A stretch of DNA of 64,000 bases. Origin: the human T2T-CHM13v2.0 reference genome, Homo sapiens. Position 1 is the stretch's first letter. Each line of letters opens with the position of its first letter. The stretch lies in the NCBI RefSeq assembly GCF_009914755.1, contig NC_060935.1; one strand, 5' to 3'. Of the stretch, positions 14,525 through 30,000 are shown in pieces. Below the pieces are notes generated by a model. It did not search any database. It was not told the DNA's origin and saw only the letters and a program-made list of their open reading frames with translations. The translations under genes and the position numbers were made by a program.

Positions 14525-15899
14525 TAACACAGTAAGACCTTGTTCTATGTTATTCTAAAGCTATGTCGGATTGCTTTTCTTTCATCTGTGGGCAGGTTCC
14601 CCCTACTAAGAGGATATCTGGTTAGTAAAATCTATAAGATTATTTTGTGTTGATGTGTCTCCGCACCTTTTTGCTGGAACTCTTTCAGCGTGTTGATTTC
14701 CATATGCTTGGACACAGAGCAAATGGCCCACCTCCCAGTGCAGTGAGAACTGGGGAGGAAAGAAGCCCAGGCCTCAGAGGCACAGTGTCACAAAGTCCTC
14801 ACTCCCCTGCAGCTAGAGGAGCAGAGAAAGTTCTCATGTCCGAGAACAGTCAGCTCCTAGTTTCCTGCCCCCTGCAGCTGGTTTATAAAATGTCAGCTTT
14901 TTCTATGCCTGCTAAGATGGCTAGGTATTTTGCCTAGCAGCCAGATGATGACGATAATAGAACAAGGAGGCCAAGGCAAATCTACTTGGGAAGAATGTTC
15001 TCCAGCCCTGGAGGTGTCCAGTCAACAGTGAAGGCCCACAGCCTCGATGTTTCTACCTGGTTGTTTCCTTCAGCCTGGGACGAAAGCAAGCCCCACAGAC
15101 TTAAAGGATGAGACTAGCTATCTCTGTCCACATCAAAAGGTTCACCTAGAGATTCTTGGGCCCAGTTTGAAGACAAAGGTTGGGCCAAGGGGCAGAAGGG
15201 TGGAGATGACAAATGGGATTGCAGGAGTAGAGTAAGGCTTAAACCTGTAAAGAGCTATCATCTATGGTTAGTTTTTATCAGCTGGAGAACATTTTGTAGA
15301 AGGATGTCCCTTAGGTCACCGACAGGAGCTCCTTTTCCACATACCCCCAGAGAGCGGGCCCCTTCTCTCAAGGGCCCTTACGCCATGGACATATTCAGAC
15401 TCAGTGGTGCCCAGAGGAAATACTGTGTCCTGCACATCTGGGAGAACAAATGGTGCTAGAGATACAGGAGTTGAACCTGATTTCAGGATGTTTATTTTAG
15501 CTTCCTTCAGTTCTCCAAATCTGAAGGGAGCACCTACTCATGCCAGTTTAGCAATACTAGATAGAAGAAGGTATGTGCCTCTTTTCCGAAAGCACCAGGA
15601 AAAGTCCCAAGGCATGTTTTCATTGTCCTGGTTTGGGTCATGTGACTGTCCCTGACTCAATGACTGTGGCCAGGTATAGGAGGTGGTGCTTTCCCTGGCC
15701 AGACTTGCATCATGAGTCCGCTCCCAGAACTGGAAGGTAGGTTTAGCTCTGCTTTATCCACTCGGACTAGGATCAGGGAAGGCTGATTCTCCACAGGAAT
15801 ATGAGATGCTGTTACTGAAAAGCAGAGGAAGCTACATGATCTTTACCACTGGGTTACTCAATAGTAGATGAGGGCAAGCATCTCTCTATAAAAGTATTC

Positions 15900-17390
<1,491 letters not shown>

Positions 17391-17699
17391 CTGGGGGCTA
17401 GCAAGGGTGTGTACACGCAAAAATACCTAGTATCTGTTAGAAGTGCTTAACCTGATACCACAGGGGTTACCTGCAGAGGAGGAAGCCTTGAGGTTGCGAC
17501 TTGAAGGAAGAGTCTCAGTTAACCAGGTGAAGGTGAGGGAAAGGAAGACAGTGGTCCAGAGGCAGCTGCTTGTGCAGAGGCAAAGGCCAGTGAGAGCAGA
17601 TGCGTAAAGAAGAGGGGCAGCAGGAGGCGGAGGGTACAGTGAGCCGAGATCACACCACTGCACTCCACCCTGACCCTGTCTCAAAAAAAAGGGGCAAGA

Positions 17700-18540
17700 G
17701 ACAGAGCTGGAAAGGCCTGGGTGCTGGGGAGCCACAGAAGCTTTCATGAAGATTTGGGCTCTGTCCTCAGAGCAACAGGAAGCCCACTGTGTACATTATC
17801 CCGAGCAACAGGCATTACATTACTCTGGTCCCAGCGTGGAGAATGAGTTAGCGGGGGATGGGAGTGGACGCAGGGAGGCCAGTCAGGAGGCTGCCACAGT
17901 TGTCCAGTCTAGATATGACCTTAGCCTGAACCAGGTTGGTGGCAGCAGGGAATGGAAAGAAAAGGACAGATTTGGGAAATATTTAGGCAGTAGAATTGAC
18001 AGGACTTGGTGAGGGGACAAAGGTGATGGCTAGGATTGTGCCTTGGGCAGCTAGGTAGCTAGCAGTGTATTATCTGAGGTAGGGAGGCCAATGGAAGGGT
18101 GGGTTAAAAGAAAAGGGCACATCTCCCTTGAGCTGCCTGAGAGGCAGCCAAGTAGAGGTTTCTAGCAGGCAGCTGGGTGGAGCAATCTGGGCTAGAGCTA
18201 TGGATGTGGTGGTTGTCTGCAAAGGGGTGGAACTGGGAGCCATGGGCCTGGATGAGCTTGCTGAGGCACACAGTTGAGTAGAGAACCTAGAGCTGAGCCC
18301 TGGGTACCCACATTTAAGGGAGAGGCAGAGGAGGTGGAGCTGATGAAAGACCAAGAGCGCCAGGCAGCTGGGAGATACCAGGAGATGTGGAGTCACAGAG
18401 GCCAAGGAATCAAGAGGATAAGACAGCACAGTTGGCAGGTATAGCGCTGCTGAGAGATCCCAAAATACAAGGTCAGAAAGTGCCTGCAGGACTCAGTGGC
18501 ACAGAAGTCACAGGAGACTCTTGTGGGAACCAGCCTTGTG
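17700..18540. mobile_element. L2 LINE remnant
   Basis: Purine-rich L2 motifs (ggaggccagtcaggaggctgccacagttgtccag; aattgacaggacttggtga). Confidence 0.65.
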
Positions 18541-18543
18541 GTC

Positions 18544-18921
18544 ACCTGAGGTTTGGAGTTAGAGACCAGCCTGGCCAACATGGCGAAACCCCATGTCTAC
18601 TAAAAATACAAAAATTAGCCAGGTGTGGTGGCAGGTGCCTATAATCCCAGCTACTCAGGAGGCTGAAGAGAGTCAAGGTTGTGAAACAGTATCATGGAGA
18701 GGAGGAGAGGATGTTGGGAGTTAAGAAAGTGGAAATAGGCCGGGCACAGTGGCTCACACCTATAATCCCAGCACTTTGGGAGGCCAAGGTGGGCGATCAG
18801 GAGAATCCCTTGAACCCGGGAGGTGGAGGTTGCGGTGAGCCGAGATCACGCCACTGCACTCCAGCCTGGGTGACAAGAGCAAAACTCTGTCTCAAAAAAG
18901 AAAAAAAAATAAATAAAAAAA
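18544..18921 (+). mobile_element. Rearranged Alu: middle segment 18544-18668; 5' end 18738-18798; 3' end 18799-18921
   Basis: The three pieces together make one complete Alu (see findings). Confidence 0.85.
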
Positions 18922-19549
18922 GTCGTGAGAGACTGCATGGAACAGCAAGTCAGGAAAGTAAAGTCCTATGCCAGCAACCAGTGATGATAAAAACATGACC
19001 AGTAATGTTATATGACACATGGCCCCAGAAATGAATGATTCCATTGGTCCCCAGGAATGGATTGGAAGTTTCCTCCTTCCCCAGCTGCTGTTGAACAATA
19101 ATGCGAAGTCCCTGGTGTCTGTGATACAACCTCAGGGCCGCTAGTGACTAGAGAAGGGACTGAGATATTCTTTTCTGTAACATAGAAGCCTTGTTTCCTG
19201 CTGTATAATTAGAGAGTTCATTCAGTGCTTTCAGAATTCTTTCATATCTCATTTTAATCCACAGAAGATTGGAAATTTTGTTCTTATTTAATAGATACGT
19301 AGCTGAGGGAAGTAACAACGTGTTCACAGTCACCCCACAAATTAAAGAGCAAGTCAGAGAATGACATAGACTCGTTGTTTGGTCTGATGGTGGTTCCGTC
19401 TCAAAATCGGCTGGACAAGCACAGTGTTCCATGGCTCCATGGCTGGCTGTTCTGTGACCGTAGGCAGATTCCTTAACCACCCAATGCCTCCATTTTTTCC
19501 TCTGTTACATCCAAGCCTTTCCTTTTGCCACCTTCTCTTTCTGCTGTAG

Positions 19550-19690
19550 GCCTGGGTTGCCAACTATGAGAGACCCCGAATGAACGCCAACTCCCTCCTG
19601 GCCAGCCCCACAGGCCTCAGCCCCTACCTGCGCTTTGGTTGTCTCTCCTGCCGCCTCTTCTACTACCGCCTGTGGGACCTGTATAAAAAG
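19550..19690 (+). CDS. CRY2: CRY2 exon 6 (phosphate-binding loop, FAD-binding region)
   Basis: tag|GCC...AAG|gtaagg; [47 protein letters not shown]; 141 nt. Confidence 0.97.
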
Positions 19691-20275
19691 GTAAGGGGGA
19701 CATACCTGCCCACATTGCACCTAAGGCCTGCAGCCAGGCCTTTTGGGCTTGTCAGTCACCCTAAAAAAGGCACTGGTGGGTGGGGGTTGGGCTATGGCCC
19801 CTGGAAGGGCCTAAGTGTGTGCAGATAGTCCGGAGGAGGAGAGAAGACTCAATATCCAAGAGGGCAGAGCCAAGCACAGAGTGAACTGCCCACCAGAATG
19901 AAGCCCAGACCATCATGTAGAGCAGAAGGACAGGCAGAAAAGCAGGCCTCAGGTGTGACCCTAGAGGTGGCATATCCTCTGGCAGCTGGTGGACAGGGGC
20001 GAGGTCCCCAGGGTGAGAGGCATGGAGAGGGTGAGGCTGGAGCCAGTCTGAAGTGGAAGAGCATAGCTGCCCGCTCTGGAGCTGTGTCCACAGCATTCAA
20101 AAGGGGAGTCCAGGAACAGCAGTTGCCCATCAGTGATGGAGGGAGTGGTGTGGAGGGGCTGTACACAGGGCTGTGCTATACAGACAAGAAGCAAATAAGC
20201 CTGTGTTAACTGTCCCCAGAAGGAGAGAGGGCAACACAGTCAGCATTCAGAGGGATCACCTCATCTTGTGCCTAT

Positions 20276-20865
<590 letters not shown>

Positions 20866-21443
20866 GTATCTAGGTTTTTAAATGTTATCTCCTCATCCTT
20901 GCCATTATTGAGATTTTGTGGCATGGGATAGCTTTGCCAGTTTGGTGAGTAATCTTGTGACTTTAGGGAAGTCATTATTTGCTTGGAGGTCTGATTTCTT
21001 AATTACCTTATGGCCCCAGATCCAGGCTGTGTGTATAATTTATTCAACCAAAATCTAGACTGAGCATTTTTCATGTGTGCTGATAGGAAAATTCCTTTTG
21101 ACTTTCTAGAAGGTGGAGCCAAACAGGGAACTCTTGAGGACAAGGAACATGACCAGTCTTGGGAAGTTTGAATCCTAGTGCAGAGTCCTGTGGTGAGGCC
21201 CCTTCCCACTGCCTGGCCCTCTGTAGCTTTCTTCTTGCTCAGAGCAGTGGCACAGTGCAGGCAGGGCCTGGGTGTTTCACATGCAGGCATGCTGTGCCAC
21301 TTCTAGGGGATAGTCCCTCCACATCTGGCAGCTGAGCCACTAGGTCTTTGGAGGGCCCAGATTCCTTTGTAGAAGAGACCTGAGAGGCACCATGCTAAGA
21401 GCTGGGCGAGTGTTTGTATCCATGTGCCACCCCTACCTCTCAG

Positions 21444-21755
21444 GTGAAGCGGAACAGCACACCTCCCCTCTCCCTATTTGGGCAACTCCTATGGCGAGAG
21501 TTCTTCTACACGGCAGCTACCAACAACCCCAGGTTTGACCGCATGGAGGGGAACCCCATCTGCATCCAGATCCCCTGGGACCGCAATCCTGAGGCCCTGG
21601 CCAAGTGGGCTGAGGGCAAGACAGGCTTCCCTTGGATTGATGCCATCATGACCCAACTGAGGCAGGAGGGCTGGATCCACCACCTGGCCCGGCATGCCGT
21701 GGCCTGCTTCCTGACCCGCGGGGACCTCTGGGTCAGCTGGGAGAGCGGGGTCCGG
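21444..21755 (+). CDS. CRY2: CRY2 exon 7 (FAD-binding domain)
   Basis: cag|GTG...CGG|gtgagt; contains [52 protein letters not shown]; 312 nt. Confidence 0.98.
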
Positions 21756-21990
21756 GTGAGTGCTCTCTCAACGAAAAGCTGGCCTGTACCCTCTGGTCAG
21801 GCCCATCAAAGGGCAGCCCCCTTCTGGGCTGAGGGATGAGGTGGGATTTCTGGGTCCAGGAGATCCCCTCCAGATCCTCTGTGGCTTGCCTTCAGTGGAA
21901 GGGTTTTGGCTCCTGGGGGCACTGTGGTGACTTGGGAAAAAACATGGCTGCATGTCCCCAAGGAGGCTGATCATCCCCTCCCCTATCTAG

Positions 21991-22142
21991 GTATTTGATG
22001 AGCTGCTCCTGGATGCAGATTTCAGCGTGAACGCAGGCAGCTGGATGTGGCTGTCCTGCAGTGCTTTCTTCCAGCAGTTCTTCCACTGCTACTGCCCTGT
22101 GGGCTTTGGCCGTCGCACGGACCCCAGTGGGGACTACATCAG
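21991..22142 (+). CDS. CRY2: CRY2 exon 8
   Basis: tag|GTA...ATCAG|gtgagg; [50 protein letters not shown]; 152 nt. Confidence 0.97.
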
Positions 22143-22267
22143 GTGAGGATACAGACCAGGCTCTCTGGCCTCTGACCACTGTGGCCTCCTACTAGGATGG
22201 GATACCCTGGGCCTTTTGAAGGAGGGTCTGGGTATGCTGATGGGTCATCTGGTGTATCTTATTTCAG

Positions 22268-22470
22268 GCGATACCTGCCCAAATTGAAAGCGTTCCCCTC
22301 TCGATACATCTATGAGCCCTGGAATGCCCCAGAGTCAATTCAGAAGGCAGCCAAGTGCATCATTGGTGTGGACTACCCACGGCCCATCGTCAACCATGCC
22401 GAGACCAGCCGGCTTAACATTGAACGAATGAAGCAGATTTACCAGCAGCTTTCGCGCTACCGGGGACTCT
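22268..22470 (+). CDS. CRY2: CRY2 exon 9 (includes C-terminal coiled-coil helix)
   Basis: cag|GCGA...CTCT|gtaagg; [67 protein letters not shown]; 203 nt. Confidence 0.97.
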
Positions 22471-22779
22471 GTAAGGAGACAAACACCTAGCTCACTGAAG
22501 GGAAGGACAGCACCTACAGGCTCAGGGGGCCAGATGGGGATGTCCAGATACTTGCAAAGGGAGACTGAGTGCTGTCTTTCAGGTTGACACCTTCGCTGGG
22601 TATGGGACACTGCAGGCTGGGATGAACTGGGCCTTCCTGAGTAGTTGTGGGGCTGTGGGAGGAAATGGAACCTCAGTGTCTTGCTCCTACCCTCCCCACC
22701 CCCACTTGCTTCATCCTGCCCTGTAGCCCTCTGCAATCCTGCGAGACGGCACTCTGATTACTCCTCGCCTCTCTCCCAG

Positions 22780-22872
22780 GTCTACTGGCATCTGTCCCTT
22801 CCTGTGTGGAAGACCTCAGTCACCCTGTGGCAGAGCCCAGCTCGAGCCAGGCTGGCAGCATGAGCAGTGCAG
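22780..22872 (+). CDS. CRY2: CRY2 exon 10 (C-terminal tail)
   Basis: cag|GT...GCAG|gtgagc; (C)LLASVPSCVEDLSHPVAEPSSSQAGSMSSA; 93 nt. Confidence 0.95.
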
Positions 22873-24029
22873 GTGAGCAGCAGCAACCAACCTCCTGTGG
22901 CCTCCTGTGGCCTGTGCCACCACTTCAGTCATTCAGGACTGAGGCCAGAAGGAGGCCTTGCCCAGTGGAGCTTATATTCCACCTGGGGCAGTCAGATAGT
23001 AAAGAAACCAAGTTGGATCATTTCAGATAACAAGTGCTTTGGAGGAAAAGAAAGTTGAGTATCTTGACAGAGGGACTGGGAAAGAAGGATTTCTTCTGTG
23101 TCACTTGAGATTGGAGCAGTCAGGGAACACCTCTGTTAAGCAGAGACCCACGTCATGAGCAGGAGCCAGCCCTGCCACACACTGAGAAAATAACATTCCA
23201 GACAAAGGGAGTAGCAAGAAAAAGCTCACAAACAGTACCGAGCTTAGTCCATTCAAGGAACCGAAGGGAGGTCAGTGTAGCGGCATGTCCCAGTGAGGAG
23301 CTGGAATGAGATGAGGACAAGATACAGCATGAGCAGCATGTGGCAGGCCTGATGTCCGAGACGAGGACTAGGATTCAGCCTTCAGTGCACTGAAGGATGG
23401 TCAGTAGGGCAGGGCATGATTGGACTTAGGTCTGAAAAAGCTCCCTGGCCTGCTGGGTGGAGATTGGACAGTGTAGGCCGGAGCGGGCACAGGGAGGCCA
23501 GAGAGGAGGCAGCACAGACAGGGTGGTGGCCGCAAGGAGAAAGACTGGACAGATTCGCTGCATTCGGAGCCTCTTCCCTTCTTGGGGATGAAGATGAGTA
23601 ACATGAGATGGGAAGAACACGGGTTTTTCTAGTTGGCCCAGCTAGGCTGCCTCCATGGGCAGCATGACTCCTCCACAGGGGCCCTGCTCTTTGCTGCTTG
23701 GGGAGGCTGATTCAGGGTTGCAGAGGGAATGCCTCACCTTCAAAGCAGGACAGCAGGCAGGCCAAATCAGTCTCTGGCCACAGCCCATGCCATTTGGGGC
23801 CCAAAAGCTGGTCCTGCTACCAGCAGGCCTGCTTGGTCATGTCCTCCTTGGACATTTCCAGGCAAAGTCACTGCTGAAAGCAAGGCCGAGGGGCAGGTCT
23901 GAGGAGCAGCATGCTGGCATTCCATTGATAAGTGTGCTCCCTGTCCCCTAAAGAGCTGCTGCTGCATAGTGTGGGATCATTTTGGCTGCATGCACAGTCT
24001 GTGTGACCCTTTGACACGCTTCCCTACAG

Positions 24030-24169
24030 GCCCAAGACCACTACCCAGTGGCCCAGCATCCCCCAAACGCAAGCTGGAAGCAGCCGAGGAACCACCTGGT
24101 GAAGAACTCAGCAAACGGGCCCGGGTGGCAGAGTTGCCAACCCCAGAGCTGCCGAGCAAGGATGCCTGA
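24030..24169 (+). CDS. CRY2: CRY2 exon 11, last coding exon (stop TGA 24167-24169; exon continues to 24171)
   Basis: cag|GC; (G)PRPLPSGPASPKRKLEAAEEPPGEELSKRARVAELPTPELPSKDA*, the CRY2-specific tail with bipartite NLS; donor GA|gtgagt after 24171. In-window CDS totals 1567 nt, consistent with a 593-aa protein if exon 1 supplies 215 nt. Confidence 0.97.
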
Positions 24170-24350
24170 GAGTGAGTGACAGCAGCCTAGATTCAACCTC
24201 AGGAAGGAAGTTGGGAGTGGGGGGGCCTACTGCCCTGCCAGCTGCAGGTTGAAACATAGCAAACTAGATGAAAATCTGGTGGGACCACCCAATGCTCAGC
24301 CACTAAAGCTTTACCATTTTACAGTGGCAGCCGGGTTCCATCCTGGCTTA

Positions 24351-24575
<225 letters not shown>

Positions 24576-25937
24576 TCAGCTCAAAAATCCCACCATTCTG
24601 ACTTTTATCAGAGATTTAAAAGTCAAGCCCTTTTGTATTTTTTTGCCAGCTAAGGGAAAAAGGGAGGCATGGGGGCTGAGGGGTGGCGCTTTCTACCTAT
24701 TAAAATGAGTCACACTCAAGAGAAAGAAAGCTGAGACCTGCGTGTGAAGCAGCGGGGAAAAGGCGCATTGCAGGGTCTGAGGCTGCTCCAGGCCCCCTGC
24801 TTTCCGACAGGCTGTGTTCTATAGGCCAGCCAGTGGAGGGCAGCACTGACCTTGAGAAGCCTGGACAGAGGGCTGTGCTGTGTCTTACTTGGCCCAGCCC
24901 TGCCTGAGGACCAGTAGACCCAGTCTGTCATCATCTTTGCCTTTTGCGGCCTCTCCTCCCTTCTCACCCATCCTGTGGCCTCAGCTCTGCACCTCCCTGG
25001 CAGCGCTCATCTTGGAAGCCTCGTGAATGTCATCAAAACACTGGCTTCTCCTTTCCCAAGGGAGGAAGGGCCTTTTATGCCACTCTTGGGGAAATGTAAA
25101 TTCCTGTCCCCTCTGAGTCATCATCTCAAGCTGTTCCTTATGCACCATGTCTTCGTCATTAGATTGGAGGGTGATTTTTCTCCATGGAGCTGATAGGTTC
25201 TTTTTATCAGATCCCTCTTACTTCAGGGCCAGGCCGCAGCCATCTGGTTTGAGTGTCTGGATTTGTGTGCTCACTGAGATGGGCATTTGATGCCTGCACC
25301 CTTCACCTTTCCTGGGCTCTTTGACATAGACATTGCTGATGGACAGATGTGTGCTATCTTGTTCCTGGGAGTACCAGCAACCTACTACTCTCTCAGTTAT
25401 CTCTTAGCTCTGTGATACTAAGCAAAGTTCATCCTGTATTACAAATTTGGAACTTGCCAGGCTGACACTCTGATTTTCGGATGAGAAGACCAAAGAACAG
25501 AGAGGTTAAATGTCTGGGTCAAGGTTGCTCAGTAAGCTAATGGTGTCCAATTCAACATGAAATTGTTGCCAGCAGGTGGGTGAAGAAGGGGGAGCATTAA
25601 ACATATAAAATGTGATGTGCTGTCCATCCATAAGGATTGAACAGTCTGCTTAGATAAAAAGGAACAATAACCTAGAATTCCTGGACAAATGATACAGACT
25701 ATACAAGCTTAGCAGAAGGCTGCTGGTGTGGTCTGGAACAATCAGGGAACATATCACAGAAGTTTGCGCTAGGGGGCCTGAAAAGTGAATTGGATTCAGG
25801 CAGTGAGCAGGGCGCTTAGGACAAGAAAAACAGCTGAAGGTTTATGTGATCTTGTACAAATGACTTAACTGCTATGGGACTCAGTTTCCTCACCTATAAA
25901 TTAGGTTGCTGTTGCAAGAATTAAATGATTAAATCTG

Positions 25938-26267
<330 letters not shown>

Positions 26268-26600
26268 CTATTAATAATAGCTCAATTACTGTGGCTAAAA
26301 CAAATAGGGGCTTATTTTTCTTACCTAACAAGGGGCCCAGAGATAGTGTTGCTGGTCTGGGCTTGGGTGGCAGCCCCAGCTTCAGCCATCAATTCTTGAT
26401 CAAAGAGGAAAGAGAAGGGACAGCAAGGGCAGCTGCACTCCTTCCGTACACATGTCAAGAGCTCATGTTTTGCCAGACACCATTCCAGGCATTGAGGGTA
26501 TGGTTGTATACAAGACTGGCAATATCACTTCCCCCTTGGGTGCATATTAGTGGAAGGAGACAGACAGTAAACAAATAAATATTTAAAATTTAAAGAGGCC

Positions 26601-27026
<426 letters not shown>

Positions 27027-30000
27027 TTAGACCAATCATAATCCATTTTCTGGGTGAAGCCCATTGCCTCCTGAACACATTTTAGGTTCTGTTAACCAGG
27101 AAGTGTGGATACTGGTAGACAGCTAATGGTGACTGCTTTATAGGCAAGACACTTACTCAAGTGTGTGGGTCATGAGTGCTTGGTAAGCAGTAGTTATTAT
27201 TGTAGGTATTGTTATTATTGTAGAGGACACAAGGTTACAGTTGGGTCTGATTATGGAGGGTTGTAAATGGCAGGCACATGAGTCTGCTATGTACTCTTTG
27301 GGAGTGAAGAAACATTTTGGAACAGGAATGATCAAATTGGCATTTTGGGAGGATGAATTAGGCATTGGGCTGGGACCTGCAGAGGAACAGGTTGGGGAGA
27401 GAAAGTCAGCTGAGAGGCTTGACAGTGATTCCAAGGGAAGACATGACAAGGATGCAGAGGTAAGTGCCCGTCTCTTGCCCTGGAGTCCAGAAGATTGTCA
27501 GCCTACTGGGATTTTAAGGACTGATTCTTGAGGTTTACTCTGCCCTCCACTGGTGGCTCAGTGGGGAGTTAGGCCAGGCTAGACTGTGAAGGTTGGGGGT
27601 GCAGAGGTCAGAGGATCTGGGGTGGTGCAGACTTCCCTCCAAGACAGACTAGGGAGGAACAGCTGTGTTCTTTGGAAATCCTGAGAGAAGAAGAGTACAC
27701 CATGTCTCACCATGTGCTGGCAGAGGCACCTGGGCCTAAAGATGCTTAGCATCCTCAGCTGTAAAATGGTGATAATAGCATCTTGTCACCTGCCCTACCC
27801 ATCGAAAAAGTCTTTGAATATGTAAAATGCACTATGCAAATGGAATCACATTATCATCTTGCACTTTCTTCTCTGGGTGTCTTTGATTATGTTGGTGTTA
27901 CTTCAGTCAGAGCCAGCACCCTAAGCTGAATGGACCACAGAGCTGTGGCTATGTAGCCCAAATTGGTATCATATTATATTGGGTTGGGGGAGGGGAGTGG
28001 CAGGGAGACTTGCCCCTCTTTCCTCCATTTCCTCTGTCATTTTTAATTGTGTGACTTTGGGCTGGATCCATAGCCTTTCTGCCATGCTTTAGGTGTAAGA
28101 TGTGAATAGTCATTCTTCATCAGCCTGAAGGCTACATCCTGGGCCTTTTGAGGTCTCCTTTAGCTCTGAGCTCTATAGTTCTGGATTCTGTTTTTCTAAT
28201 GCCTCAGGCCTGTGGCAGTGTACAGGGTGTACAGTCACTTAAAATTTAAACTGATCTGGTAGGAAAGCATGGCCTCCAATCAGTAGGTTCTACACTTACC
28301 TCAGATCCACACCAGCTATCTGTTCTGCATTAAGTTTTATTTTACAGCATTCACTAAACTGAAAAACAAGCCAGCCCCCAAATAGCTATTGTTTCAAATG
28401 GTTCCCCATAATCCCCAAAGCTGCTGACTGCTCCGGATTCCATTAGCCTTGAATTGTGTACAGATTTCTCTCATTGGTCCAATTATTTTGCCATGGGGAG
28501 AACAGCTCACGTGTTCCATTTGCCCTTCTGCTGGTACAGACTGATCTGTGGAGAGAAGCCCCACTGAATACAAAAGGTTCCCGGCCAAGGATCACCTCTT
28601 CCCCTCCCCCGCGGGCTTTTGTTAGCTCTGCAGTAAGCCTGACTGGGTAGATCATCGAGTAAAACCTGACTTCTGGATTCTCCTTGATGTCTTTTTGACA
28701 CTAGTTTAGTTGTATACTCTGTCCTTGTAAGGTGAAAGGCACTAGCAATTGGTAAAATGCTAAATAGTGGAAGTGAAGGCAGTGTGGCATTGGCCAGAGA
28801 GCCCTGCATTATACTCAGACTAGTGTCTGCATCCCAGACCTGCCAGCATTACACTCAAACTAGTGTCTGTGTCCCAGACCTGCCACTTGCCTCTTGTGAG
28901 ACTCCACCCAAATAGTCTCACCTCTCTGTTCCTGCCTTTAAAATCAGAGGCAGGATTCTCTGTTCCTGCCTTTAAAATCAGAAGTTTAGACTCATATCCC
29001 CTAGCGCTTTCCCTGGCACTTCATAAGTAGGCGTTGACTGATGGCTGTCCCTTCCACTTTCTTGCATGATCTGCATGCTGTGGGAAGGGTAAAGGTGTGG
29101 TTGACCTGAGGAATGAGATTGAGCTCAGAGCTTCAGCTCTCTCCCCCATCCAGGCCCAGCTGTACTTCCCTGACCCTCACTTGGAAGCAGGTAGCGAACC
29201 CTCTGCCTTTCTCAAGCTCTTGGGCACTGTGCCTTGCCCAATATGATGGGGAGAGGGAAACATTGAGACTCGGTGACAGTCTGCAAACAAAGTTTCCTCC
29301 AAACCATCAGCTGTTGTGGACCCTCTGCCAGCATAAACTCATGCCTGCACACGTGCATCCACCCCTCCAGGGCGAGGAGCATAGGGACGGGCAGACTTAT
29401 ACACTTGGGTTCTTGATAGCATCTAATGGATGGGAAGGGATGTGAGGGCAAAGGTACCCAGGAGGCCATGCTAACTAACATTGGGTTGCAGAGGGAGACA
29501 GTCGTTAACGCTTTTTGTTCTAGCCGCCACTGTGTTTCTTGTATCAATGACAGGTTGAAAGAGTTGGACAACTAAGAGATTGATTTTTCAGTGAATGTTT
29601 TATGAGTTGATTTTCCCTTGGTGCCTCCCCTTGGCTGTTCTTCCCTTCCCTTTAGTCCTGCTATCATCATTTTTTTGCAAGACCTCATTTGATTTCCCCA
29701 GACCCCTTTTTCTACAGACGCATGCCCTAGCTTGAGGACAAGAGCATGGCACCAACTAGTTATCTGCTGATCAAGCAGCTCGAGTAACTAGTTGAACAGG
29801 CCTTTGGCTAGCTTTGTAGGCGAGGCCAAGTTGGTTCTTCTAAACCTTGGTTTTCTGCATTGGTAGCTTTGAAACCATCATAGAGGGACTTGGGTGACTA
29901 GGGCTTATCTGAGTCCAGGACACTGCCCCCTCCCTTCATGAGCCTGCCCAAAACTAACTGGTGCCGAAGTCAACATATGTCTGAATTGTTATCATTATAT

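Noticed and set aside
19586-19588. CRY2 Ala260 codon (site of a known advanced-sleep-phase variant) and MAPK8IP1 Ser59 codon at 50088-50090
   Set aside because: Both show the wild-type codon (GCC, AGC); no frameshift or premature stop was seen in any exon.
28806-28982. Direct repeats that superficially resemble a CRISPR-like array
   Set aside because: Only two copies each, no unique spacers, and a mammalian intronic context.
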